DNA of 63,344 nucleotides, the filler included, from Chiloscyllium plagiosum (Eukaryota), in the NCBI RefSeq assembly GCF_004010195.1. It is 6 parts of one record of this genome, joined end to end, with 100 filler letters (N's around TTAATTAATTAA, not from the genome) between each part and the next. Parts side by side here need not be neighbours in the genome. Positions count along the whole stretch, not along the records: positions 15,908 to 38,649 come from NC_057717.1; positions 38,750 to 44,767 come from NC_057717.1; positions 44,868 to 50,692 come from NC_057717.1; 3 more parts are not named here. One strand, given 5' to 3'. Of this stretch, positions 37,201 to 47,599 are shown one piece after another (positions within the stretch are counted from its first letter, which is position 1; each line of letters starts with the position of its first letter). A program made the translations under genes and the position numbers. Below the pieces are notes generated by a model. That model ran no database searches. It worked only from the letters and a program-made list of their open reading frames with translations, and was not told where the DNA came from.

Positions 37201-37700
37201 NNNNNNNNNNNNNNNNNNNNNNNNNNNNNNNNNNNNNNNNNNNNNNNNNNNNNNNNNNNNNNNNNNNNNNNNNNNNNNNNNNNNNNNNNNNNNNNNNNNN
37301 NNNNNNNNNNNNNNNNNNNNNNNNNNNNNNNNNNNNNNNNNNNNNNNNNNNNNNNNNNNNNNNNNNNNNNNNNNNNNNNNNNNNNNNNNNNNNNNNNNNN
37401 NNNNNNNNNNNNNNNNNNNNNNNNNNNNNNNNNNNNNNNNNNNNNNNNNNNNNNNNNNNNNNNNNNNNNNNNNNNNNNNNNNNNNNNNNNNNNNNNNNNN
37501 NNNNNNNNNNNNNNNNNNNNNNNNNNNNNNNNNNNNNNNNNNNNNNNNNNNNNNNNNNNNNNNNNNNNNNNNNNNNNNNNNNNNNNNNNNNNNNNNNNNN
37601 NNNNNNNNNNNNNNNNNNNNNNNNNNNNNNNNNNNNNNNNNNNNNNNNNNNNNNNNNNNNNNNNNNNNNNNNNNNNNNNNNNNNNNNNNNNNNNNNNNNN
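37201..37700. other. 500-N gap (also 39895-40394 and 51198-51697), probably fixed-size scaffolding gaps
   Basis: Three gaps of exactly 500 N. Confidence 0.95.
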
Positions 37701-38620
37701 TCAAATGGGAGACTTTATACAAAAAAAAAGACCATGTTGATAAATTGACCCTTATAAATCGGATTGGGGAACGAGAGTGCTTCGGCCGATGAGTCCGCCC
37801 GTGGTCAGTAGTCTCTACCATAAACTATTTAATAAGGCATCAAAGGACATGGAACGGTTATATAAAACCCAGAGTCAAGAATTGGGGATGGATATCTCCT
37901 TAGAGATGTGAGAAGACATCTGGGAAAACGTCAGGAAGATGTCTATCTGTAACAGAACTCAGGCTATCCAATTCAAGATACTTCATTGGGCTCAAATGGC
38001 ACCTGAGTGACTTGCAAAGTTCAGGACAGGGGCATCTCCAATGTGTCCTACATGCAAAACAGAAGTTAGTACTCTCACGCATTGTCTGTGGACATGCCGT
38101 ACGATCTGCATGTATTGGGACAAAGTAGCGAATACCTTGGCAAAGATTTTGTGAACTGAGATTGGGTGGGACCCAGTGCCTCTACTTTTGGGCTCCCCAA
38201 ATTTCCCTTCTTTGGATGTATACGGGAGGAAATTATTCATTATCCTTTGCTTTTGTCCGGGCAAAAACATTTTAGTGAATTGGATATTCGAAGGTCCCCC
38301 AGGACTTTAAAGGATAGTCATGGAATATATCCCCTTTGACTTCCTTACGAATATGGTGCACCAAAAGACGCAATTATTTTATAGAACATGGCAGCCCTTT
38401 TTGAACTACATTGACACAGATAGATCAGTCACATTGTTCAGGGCCTTTGCTTAGCCGTGGGGATGGTTTTGGCTGGTTCGGGGGCTCCTGGGTGGAAGAA
38501 TCCTGTATCAATGTGGGTTCTGTTATGACTTAATATAATTTTTAAAACACATGTATCTAGTTATTTATTTACTTATTTATTTTCTTTTCTCCTTTTGTTT
38601 AGTTTTAGTAAGGTAGGATA
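37701..38620 (+). mobile_element. L1/Tx1-clade LINE ORF2 C-terminus (CCHC) and 3' UTR
   Basis: IWENVRKMSICNRTQAIQFKILHWA...SPMCPTCKTEVSTLTHCLWTC. Confidence 0.8.
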
Positions 38621-38749
38621 ACCTATTTTATGGTTTCCTAGTTTGGAGANNNNNNNNNNNNNNNNNNNNNNNNNNNNNNNNNNNNNNNNNNNNTTAATTA
38701 ATTAANNNNNNNNNNNNNNNNNNNNNNNNNNNNNNNNNNNNNNNNNNNN

Positions 38750-39355
38750 TCCTTCCTCGCCTCCCATGGGCACTTCCCGGAGTGGATTCATTCTTGCAAT
38801 CGGGACAGAGTTCCGTCTGTGACTCTTTTCAGCTTGAGATCTAGTCTGTACTCCTGAGGCACCTGGTGGTTCCTCCCCGCTTTCTTCCCCTTCCCCTGAA
38901 TCGTCGCCACCCGAAGGACTATTTTGCGGGGCAGACGGGGTCACGTAGGGCGGCGGTAAGTGATCTAAAGGTTCCCATTCTTTCTGCCCTTTCGAGTCTT
39001 CATTGGTTACCTTCATTTTGCAAGATAGTGTGACTGGTAGCCAACAAAGGGCGTAATCACTTTCCTCCCGAGTAACATTAGGTTTCGAATTGACATATAA
39101 AATTAGAGCTTGCCGAACCCAGTCTTCGTCAGTGCCGAATTTAGGCCACCACACTGAGTCTCCCTGAATAGGTTTTTGGGACCACGTTTGACAGTATCTC
39201 ACCATCTTCTTTCTAGATTTTCCTTTTCTCCTACCTTGATCCCAATTATTTAACATTATTCCTAACGGACTATCGTCAGGTACCCCGGGGTATTTTTCAT
39301 TGTCCACGTTCAAGCCTACCTTTCCCTTATTCGCCTTGGTTCCCTTATTTCCCAT
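38750..39355 (-). CDS. gag: Endogenous retrovirus (class I, gamma/epsilon-like) gag 5' part: matrix and late domains; truncated by a spacer
   Basis: MGNKGT myristoylation-type start; PDDSPLGIMLNNW, WWPKFGT (class I MA); LPPPYVTPSAP late domains; no stop across the visible ~202 codons. Confidence 0.88.
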
Positions 39356-39894
39356 TGCCGAGGACTTTGTAAAATCGGAGATTTCTGTATTATCCCGTGA
39401 TAATCTATCACTATTTAGCCAATTCCCGGACCTTCAGTCCCGTGATCGCCCAGGTCCCTTTGCAGGCACCTCCGGTCTTTGGATTCCTGTGTCCTACGTC
39501 TCTGTGAAACAGATCACAGGCACCCCGTAGGTCCACGTTCCTCTGCAAACACGGTCTCTGCAAAATCCCGCACAGACGAGCCCCGGTCTCTAGATTCCTG
39601 AGTCCCACGTCTCTGTAGAAAAATCTACAGGCACTCCGCAGGTCCCCACTCCTCCGGAAAGACGGTTCCCGCAAGTCTGTTCTTACCTGGGTTCGGTGCA
39701 CCGAAATTACTAGATCGTTAACCGTCCCCACTGCCTCGGCCACACCCCTCCTTTGTTCTCCTGAGCCTTCCGGATATCACTCGCTCAAGCCGCGCGGGGC
39801 GACAAGCAAGGAATCAGGGACTGCCGAACTCGGCAGGGTGCACGTTCTCCGATGTCCTTCCTCAGCCCCCCCTCGCGGCCGGAGTGTTGATCGG
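39356..39894 (-). mobile_element. ERV 5' leader with ~110-bp duplicated units and a major splice donor
   Basis: GC-rich; repeats at ~39465-39560 and ~39575-39672; CCAG|GTAAGA donor with GT at 39686-39685. Confidence 0.7.
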
Positions 39895-40394
39895 NNNNNN
39901 NNNNNNNNNNNNNNNNNNNNNNNNNNNNNNNNNNNNNNNNNNNNNNNNNNNNNNNNNNNNNNNNNNNNNNNNNNNNNNNNNNNNNNNNNNNNNNNNNNNN
40001 NNNNNNNNNNNNNNNNNNNNNNNNNNNNNNNNNNNNNNNNNNNNNNNNNNNNNNNNNNNNNNNNNNNNNNNNNNNNNNNNNNNNNNNNNNNNNNNNNNNN
40101 NNNNNNNNNNNNNNNNNNNNNNNNNNNNNNNNNNNNNNNNNNNNNNNNNNNNNNNNNNNNNNNNNNNNNNNNNNNNNNNNNNNNNNNNNNNNNNNNNNNN
40201 NNNNNNNNNNNNNNNNNNNNNNNNNNNNNNNNNNNNNNNNNNNNNNNNNNNNNNNNNNNNNNNNNNNNNNNNNNNNNNNNNNNNNNNNNNNNNNNNNNNN
40301 NNNNNNNNNNNNNNNNNNNNNNNNNNNNNNNNNNNNNNNNNNNNNNNNNNNNNNNNNNNNNNNNNNNNNNNNNNNNNNNNNNNNNNNNNNNNNN

Positions 40395-41725
40395 ATCGTC
40401 TCCATTTCCTCATTAGGACATAATTTGTAAGGTAATAACAAACAGTGATATATTCAGAATACCTAATGTAAAAACTTTTTTGTTATAACAGCTTTAAATT
40501 TTCATCTTTCTGCTGGAACTTAATTGGTTTAGCTGAGTTAAAAAATATTGCATGAGGCCGTGTTTGTCCCTGTTTTGTCTCAACTAACTGATGGAGTAAA
40601 GTGTCTGCTACTGCCACTTCAGCTTCCTTATCTTTACATTTTTGATTCAACATTTTTACGTTTGTTTCAACTGGTGACATTGAGACCTTGTTACCCCACA
40701 GTCAGGAAAGATTACAGGATAAGACTCCTGAATTGCTTCAGTTGCCTGTGTCTCTGCTGGCTTTTCAATCAGAGTAGGTAGTATTTCTACAGGTAAATCA
40801 GCTATATACTTTGCAAAGTCAATTTGTATTCCTGGAGCTGACAGTGTGTCCAACACTCCTACCACAATTTCTCCACACTCTTCTTGACATTGTGCACTTG
40901 CTTTATGTAATTTTGTGCTTTCAGTCTCACCATGGTTTCCTTTAGCAGTTCCTTTTCTGGAAATAATCCTTCCGGAGTACATATCTCCTCATCTTTCAGC
41001 ATCACAGACTGAGAGGATCCTGTGTCCCTTAATATTGCATTTTCTTTACCTGTTACTCCTGGACTATATGAATAAACTTGGTCGGTACATTTTATAATCA
41101 GATCCGGCACTTCCTCATTAACCAAACTCCAATAAGCTTTACACTCTGATGCAGCTTTCTAGCTTCCACTGGGCTTTCTGTTGCCGGTCCAATAAAACTC
41201 CCAGGCTTATCCTGTTTACCTACATCTGTTTCATTTTCCCTAGCCAACCAACAGAGTGATTTCATGTGACCTAACTTGTTGCAATAAAAACTTCATTGTG
41301 CTCTTCACGGGTTTCCTTTTTATCCTGTAGTAATTTGTTCTTATGATCTTCACTGTGATCTTCCTTTCCCTTTCCACGTGAGGAATTTATCATTGGCCCA
41401 ATTTCTATCCCTCATGGGCTGAAATTGATTCTGGAAGCCAAACCGTGTTGTATGGGTCAATTCATAATCATCAACTACTTCAGCTGCTAACCTTGCTGTT
41501 TCAACTCTCCGCTCTTCCAAATGAGTTTGCACTATATCAGGCAAGCATTTTTGGACTCCTACAAACTAATTGTCTCTCGACGAGCATCGTAGATTTGCTT
41601 GATTTTTAAAGGTCTTATCAATCTATCAAAATTACTTTGTTTGATCCTTTCAAACTCAAAGTAGTTTTGACCAGGATACCTGTTTAGATTCCGGAAACAT
41701 TGTCCAAATGCTTCTGGCTTACAGG
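40395..41725 (-). mobile_element. Degenerate Gypsy (SCAN/Gmr1-like) gag-protease fragment
   Basis: PDIVQTHLEERRVETARLAAEVVDDYELTH (SCAN-like); FYCNKLGHMKSLC zinc knuckle; ILRDTGSSQSV protease. Confidence 0.8.
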
Positions 41726-41793
41726 TTATTAAGTCAGAAGGGCAGAAGGAGGGGAGAGCATCCAATTTCAACAGTGACCCTCACTCAACTAAT

Positions 41794-42028
41794 AGGAGAA
41801 AGTGAGGACTGCAGATGCTGGAGATCAGAGCTGAAAATGTGTTGCTGGAACATGTGAAACATGCCACATTTCACTATGGACTGAATTCAATAAATGTAAG
41901 TCTTACTGTTTTGAAGCCAATAAAGTGTATTAAGGATTCCTGAAGAAGGGCTCATGCCCGAAACGTCGATTCTCCTGCTCCTTGGATGCTGCCTGACCTG
42001 CTGCGCTTTTCCAGCAACACATTTTCTG
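41794..42028. mobile_element. Short fold-back Penelope-derived element with a 14-bp TSD and a captured 75-bp genomic segment
   Basis: TSD CTCACTCAACTAAT at 41780-41793 and 42029-42042; inverted pLTR arms; 41858-41932 duplicates 42265-42339. Confidence 0.85.
41936..41972 (+). ncRNA. Minimal hammerhead ribozyme motif with intact core
   Basis: AUUC-CUGAAGA-A-GGGC-UCAU-GCCC-GAA-ACGU-C-GAUU; perfect 4-bp helix II. Confidence 0.7.
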
Positions 42029-42714
42029 CTCACTCAACTAATCCCAGACTGAACCGACATGTCCAACTAGAGAGTTGGCCACGTCTTCTTGATTAAACAA
42101 ACTTGGTTTTAAAGACGTAAAAGTTGTCTGCCTACGGCATTATTGTTATGTATAAACAAAAGGACGCCAATAAACCTTTTAGACTTCAGACATATTGGTC
42201 ATTTAGAAACTCTTTAAAAAGAAGGACGAACAACATAACCTTGTAAAGGAACCAGCTTTGTGCCAACATGCCACATTTCACTATGGACTGAATTCAATAA
42301 ATGTAAGTCTTACAGTTTTGAAGCCAATAAAGTGTATTACGGTGAAGAGCATTGTGCATTGAAGATAGGAATTTGCCTTATGAGAGCAATTAGAGGAATG
42401 CCCAGGCAAATCCACATTTTCTGCCCACTCAAATCTATTGCTTGGGGCCTGTTCTAGTGGAGGGGAGCACGCTAGCCCCAACATCGAGATTGTGTTTTTG
42501 GAGGAGATGGTGGGAGATTCAGGTGGTTACAGCATTGCAAATGAACAACACACCAGAATCATCTAGCCTGCGATCAGAAAATATCCATCATTCGTCCTCA
42601 TAACTAACTTCATTTGAGCAATTGGTGATGAGAGATGTGACCAATATCCTGAAATGCCAGCATTCAATCCAGTCCAGTTGTTATTGTGATCTGAATGTAC
42701 CGCACTGAAAGGAG

Positions 42715-42790
42715 CTAACTGATCTGTTTGTTCAGTGACTGTGATTGATGACAGTCTCCATGGATTCCAATTGTGTCGCTGGATGGTTTC
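42715..42790 (+). promoter_or_regulatory. Conserved upstream cassette of GPCR copy C
   Basis: CTGTTTGTTCAGTGACTGTGATTGATGACAGTCTCCATGGATTC, homologous to copies A and B. Confidence 0.55.
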
Positions 42791-42977
42791 CCTCTTCTGT
42801 TAGGAAGGGGCTTCTTGCAATGCTTTGTCCCATTGTAGAGTAGATGCATCACCTCCAACACGAACGGGGATCAGCAGCTGCAGAGACGGGAAGAGGAGTG
42901 ATAAACATCTGAGAATATTTTGGATTGTTACACCAGTGGATCAGAATCTGAGAACATTAGACTGGAATGCTGCAACA

Positions 42978-43110
42978 ATGGACAGAAGTTTATCCGATGG
43001 TCTTTTGTCTCTTTCGTCGTATTGGTCAACATTACCACATCGGATAGAAGCCGTACTGATGATTATCCAGGCGGGTTACTATCCCATGCTCGCTATTGTT
43101 GGTGTTCCTG
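42978..43110 (+). CDS. Exon 1 of GPR139/GPR142-like class A GPCR (copy C)
   Basis: MDRSLSDGLLSLSSYWSTLPHRIEAVLMIIQAGYYPMLAIVGVP, then phase-1 donor G|GTAAGT at 43110/43111; preceded by two 42-bp-type units. Confidence 0.75.
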
Positions 43111-43299
43111 GTAAGTCTCTCCATCTCTATCCATTTGTTAATCCCATAAACTATGCTGACCTTCATTGCTATTGCTGTTACCTATATTTGATAAAGACAG
43201 AAACTACAGTCTTCAGTTTTCAATACAAATTCCATTCATTACCATAAACTTCCCAACCACCCAACACCCCAGTCTTCACAAACATCTGAAAACTAGACT

Positions 43300-43521
43300 T
43301 GATTTGGAGATGCCGGTGTTGAACTGGAGTGTAGAAAGTTAAAAATCACACAACACCAGGTTATAGTCCAACAGGTTTAATTGGAAGTACACTAGCTTTC
43401 GGAGCCACGCTCCTTCACCAAGTGATAGTGACTATCAACTGATGAAGGAGAGTCGCTCCGAAAGCTAGTGTGCTTCCAGTTAAACTTGTTGGACTATAAC
43501 CTGGTGTTGTGTGACTTTTAA
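43300..43521. mobile_element. Palindromic Penelope-derived fold-back element (second family) with TSD
   Basis: ~93-bp inverted arms 43337-43429 and 43431-43523; TSD CTGA(A/G)AACTAGACT; absent from the paralogous site near 37060. Confidence 0.85.
43435..43470 (+). ncRNA. Minimal hammerhead ribozyme motif
   Basis: CUGAUGA-A-GGAG-AGUCG-CUCC-GAA-AGCU-A-GUG; palindromic AGCU in place of helix III. Confidence 0.65.
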
Positions 43522-44265
43522 CTGAGAACTAGACTGTTCGCCATCACAAATTATCTTTTGCCTTGAAATCAGTTATTTCCCGGTATTCTCTCCATCACCA
43601 AACATCCCCACTACCAGCTCCATAATATTCACAGTCCCCACCTTGACGTCAGTGCGGGCCCTAAATAAACCATTATCTATGCCTTGGTAAAATTCAGATT
43701 TTATGTTTCCAGTTCGCTTCTCAGCACTCCGTTTGTTACAAATATGTCCATCAGAGCCTTGTTCTTGTCTCTAAGTAAGTTCATGACAGGGACAGTGTGT
43801 CAGAGAAGCAATGTCGCTGGACATGTAACTCAGAGGCTCAGGTTGTTTCACGAAATATACTGTTTCAAAACCGACCTCAGATGATGTCAGAACTTAAATT
43901 CAAATGACAAGAATTGGAAGTTAAAGCTAATTTCAGTAATATCAACAATAATAAAACAGCTTTTTGTCAATAAGTTTGCCTATATCACTAATGTTCTTTG
44001 GTGAAGAAATCTAACATTATTAACTGGTCTGGCTTCAGACTGATGTCAGACCCGCAGCAATGATCTTGGCTCTTTACTGCCTGAAGGAATGACCTCACAA
44101 TAAAGAGCATTTAGTGAGGTCATTAAATGCTGCCCTTGCCAGCGATGCAGACATCCCATGTTATAACAATATGGAAATTTAAATAAAATAAAGAATCATG
44201 CAAGAGATCAGAAACAAAACAAAGTCGAAAAACTGCCACAGAAACTGAGCAGATTTTGCACCCTT

Positions 44266-44364
44266 AGGGTGGTGAAAATGTGTTGCTGGTAAAGAACAGC
44301 AGGTCAGTCAGCATCCAAGGAACAGGAGAATCGACGTTTCGAGCATAAGCCCTTCATCAAGGGC
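44266..44364 (-). mobile_element. Solo Penelope pLTR insertion with an 11-bp TSD
   Basis: TTTGCACCCTT at 44255-44265 and 44365-44375; minus strand TTGATGAAGGGCTTATGCTCGAAACGTCGA. Confidence 0.8.
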
Positions 44365-44604
44365 TTTGCACCCTTGAGTCGAGGGAAAAATAGAATTGAC
44401 ATTTCGAACCCACTGCCCATACATCCTAACTGAACACAGCTTGAAAATATTGTGATTGATGTTTGTGACAGTGATGTCTATTATGAAGGGGGGAAGGAGA
44501 AATTTGAATAGATAGAGAAAGAGCGAGATAAAAGAACATTTGTTGCATGGGGAGAAGGAGTGAATTGATTAGATAAAGAGAGGGAGAGAGAACAAGAAGC
44601 AAAC

Positions 44605-45365
44605 CTTCTTTGAGAAGGTGACCAAACAGGTAGATGACAGTAAACCAGTTGATGTGGTGTATATGGATTTCAACAAGGTTCTCGATAAGGATCCCCACAG
44701 TGGGCGGGGGACAAAACGCGGAGGAATGGAATTGTGGGAGATATAGCAGATTGGATCAGTAATTGGCNNNNNNNNNNNNNNNNNNNNNNNNNNNNNNNNN
44801 NNNNNNNNNNNTTAATTAATTAANNNNNNNNNNNNNNNNNNNNNNNNNNNNNNNNNNNNNNNNNNNNGATAAGAAGGAAGTGGAAGCTTTGGAAAGGGTG
44901 CAGAGGAGATTTACTAGGATGCTGCTTGGTATTGAGGGAAGGACTTACGAGGAAAGGCTGAGGGAATTGAGGCTGTTTTCGTTCGGGAGGAGAAGGTGGA
45001 GAGGTGACTTAATAGAAACATATAAGTTCATCAGAGGGTTAGATAGGGTGGACAGGGAGACCTTTTTTTCCAAGAATGGTGACAGCGAGCACGAGGGGGC
45101 ATAGCTTTTAATTGATGATTGATAGATAGTAGGGCAGATGTCAGAGGTAATTTCTTTACTCAGAGAGTAGTAACGGTATGGAATGCTTTGCCTACAATGG
45201 TAGCAAATTTGCCAAGTTTAAGTACATTTAAGTCGTCATTGGACAAGCATATGGACGTACATGGAAGGTGTAGGTTAGATGGGCTTCAGATTGGTATGAC
45301 AGGTCGGCGCAACATCGAGGGCCGAAGGGCCTGTACTGCACTGTAATGTTCTATGTTCTATGTTC
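44605..45365 (+). mobile_element. CR1 RT fragment and 3' end (spans a spacer)
   Basis: VDVVYMDFNK; ALERVQRRFTRML; (TGTTCTA)n tail. Confidence 0.85.
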
Positions 45366-47599
45366 AAACAATGGGATTGTTGATGATCAGCTGGAATGGA
45401 GTAAAAACGATATTAATCTTATTTATTTTTTTTTTGATCCCATATTACTGAAAATCATACCCATGCTGGCTCTACACCAAAGTCACTGTTGAAAGTGAGC
45501 TATGCCTCTTTGTCTCTCTTCCCTGTGTGTATTCATTATCTTTATTTATTCATTAGTGGGATGCTGGGCCAGTATTAAATTCCCTTTCCTCATTGTCCAT
45601 GAGCTGGTGTTGGTGAGATTCCTTTCTGACCCACTGCAGTCCGTGGGCTGTAAATATTCGCTGCTTAGGACCGTGTGCTTTCATTTCTTTGAGACTTTGT
45701 AGTGAGGGATATAACTGAGTGGCTGGCGTATCCATTTCAAAGGGCAATTGAGCGTCAAATGCATTCCTGAAGTCACATGTAAGCCCGACCAGCTGAAGGT
45801 GGTAAATTTCATTCCCTAAAGGCCATTAGAATGCTTGGTAGGATTTTCTGACAATTGACAATGGTTTCATAGCTTCATGTGACTTTATTGAATTCAAATT
45901 CCACCATTTGCCATGGTGGGATTCGATTCCGGGGCGGGGATCAGCACCTGGGTCCCTGGATTAATAAACTGGAAATAATACAACAAAGATATCACTTTCC
46001 CAGCATCTCCAACCATCGCCACTGGCAATAATGATGTTGCTGTTGGTGTGGCTGTGATTGAAGCACAGCTGTTCTCGAGGCTAACAGATGATTTTGCAAA
46101 ACATGCCATCCTTCTCAATGTTGTATTTATTAGAAGATTAGAGGATCAGGAGACCCCTTGGCAAAAATGAGCCGGGTGTCTTTCATCATGATTCACTAAT
46201 AGAATTCATACCAGGCAGCAAGTAATCATCACAGTAAATTGCATACTGTCCTTCATTGCAAAATGAATCAAGTATAGCAATGAAGGCACTTTCCTGCCGT
46301 CGAAGAGTGTTGTTCAGAAAGTACTTGGGACACTGTGTGCAGATTATCTCTCCTTTATAATGAATGATCACCTTGCAACAGAGAGTCAGTGTAAAAGAGT
46401 TTCCCTGGACTAATCCGTGTGGTGATGGTATCATGAGGCTTTCTGACATTCCTGTGAAACCAGCTTGAGATGCTGCATGAGCTTCCTTTTTTTAATCATG
46501 TAAATGTGCAGAGCCTGGTCGCACTGTTACATGAATGTTGCCAACACTTTAACAGCACAAGTTTGAATGCTTTCTGTTATTGATACTTTAGCACCTGTGG
46601 GGGAGTCGCAATGTTTTGAACATTGTTTGATCTTCACTGAACATCCCCACTTTTGATCGTATGGTAGAGGGAAAGACATGGATGAATCAGCTGAAGTTGT
46701 TTGTGCCGAGACATTTTCCCTGAGGATCGTCTATAGAGATATCCAGGGACTGAAAGGATTGGTCTCCACCAGCCACATTGTGTTCTCAATGACCCAAACA
46801 GTGGGGATTTCAATTTTGTTCAGACTCCTTGACACCTTGCTCAGTCAAATCCTTTCGTGATGTCAGGGCCAATCACTCTGACTTTGTGCTCATATCTTTT
46901 GTTCATGTCAATAGGCCACGGCATATGTGTGGGGAGTGTTTCCTTCTCTTAGAGGAGAGTGACTGTTGGGGCCTCTCTATCCCAGACAGCTACGTCATTG
47001 AAACCTTTGGGGGCGTGGGGTTGTGTTAATGGATTTTCACACCTTTGGAAGTTGAGGGCTACAAAGAATTGGGCATGAAAGAGGAATTCTGGCCAAGAAC
47101 AAATCAGCCATGACCTTACTGAATTGAAGGGCAGGCCTGAGGAGTGATGTAGCTTGGTGCTATTCCAGTAAACCCCATTGTCCACTCACTTTGTGGCCTC
47201 TTCCTTTTCCTGTATTACTGACTTGAAGTAGCTGAATAGACTAATACTGTTGCTGCATGATCTAAACTGGGTCTAGTTTTATCGACTTGAGGGACTGATT
47301 AGTCTCCTCCTTTTACTGTATATAAGGCTCCATGGGCTGAAAAGGTTCACCTTGTTCTGATGTAAATCCATATATTACAGATCTACCACCATTGGAGAAA
47401 GTGAGCACTGCAGATGCTGGAGATCAGAGTCGAAAGGTGTGACACTGGAAAAGCACGGCAGGTCATGCAGCATCCGAGAAGCAAGAGAATCGATGTTTTG
47501 GACATTTCTAAAATGGGCTTATGCCAGAAATGTCTATTCTCATGCCCCTCCGATGCTGCCTGACCTGCTGTCCGTTTCTAGCACCACACGTTTCGACGT

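Noticed and set aside
39411..39743. 110-aa ORF in the ERV leader as a glyco-gag
   Set aside because: It has a non-ATG start, is out of frame with gag, stops before it, and is explained by GC-rich repeats.
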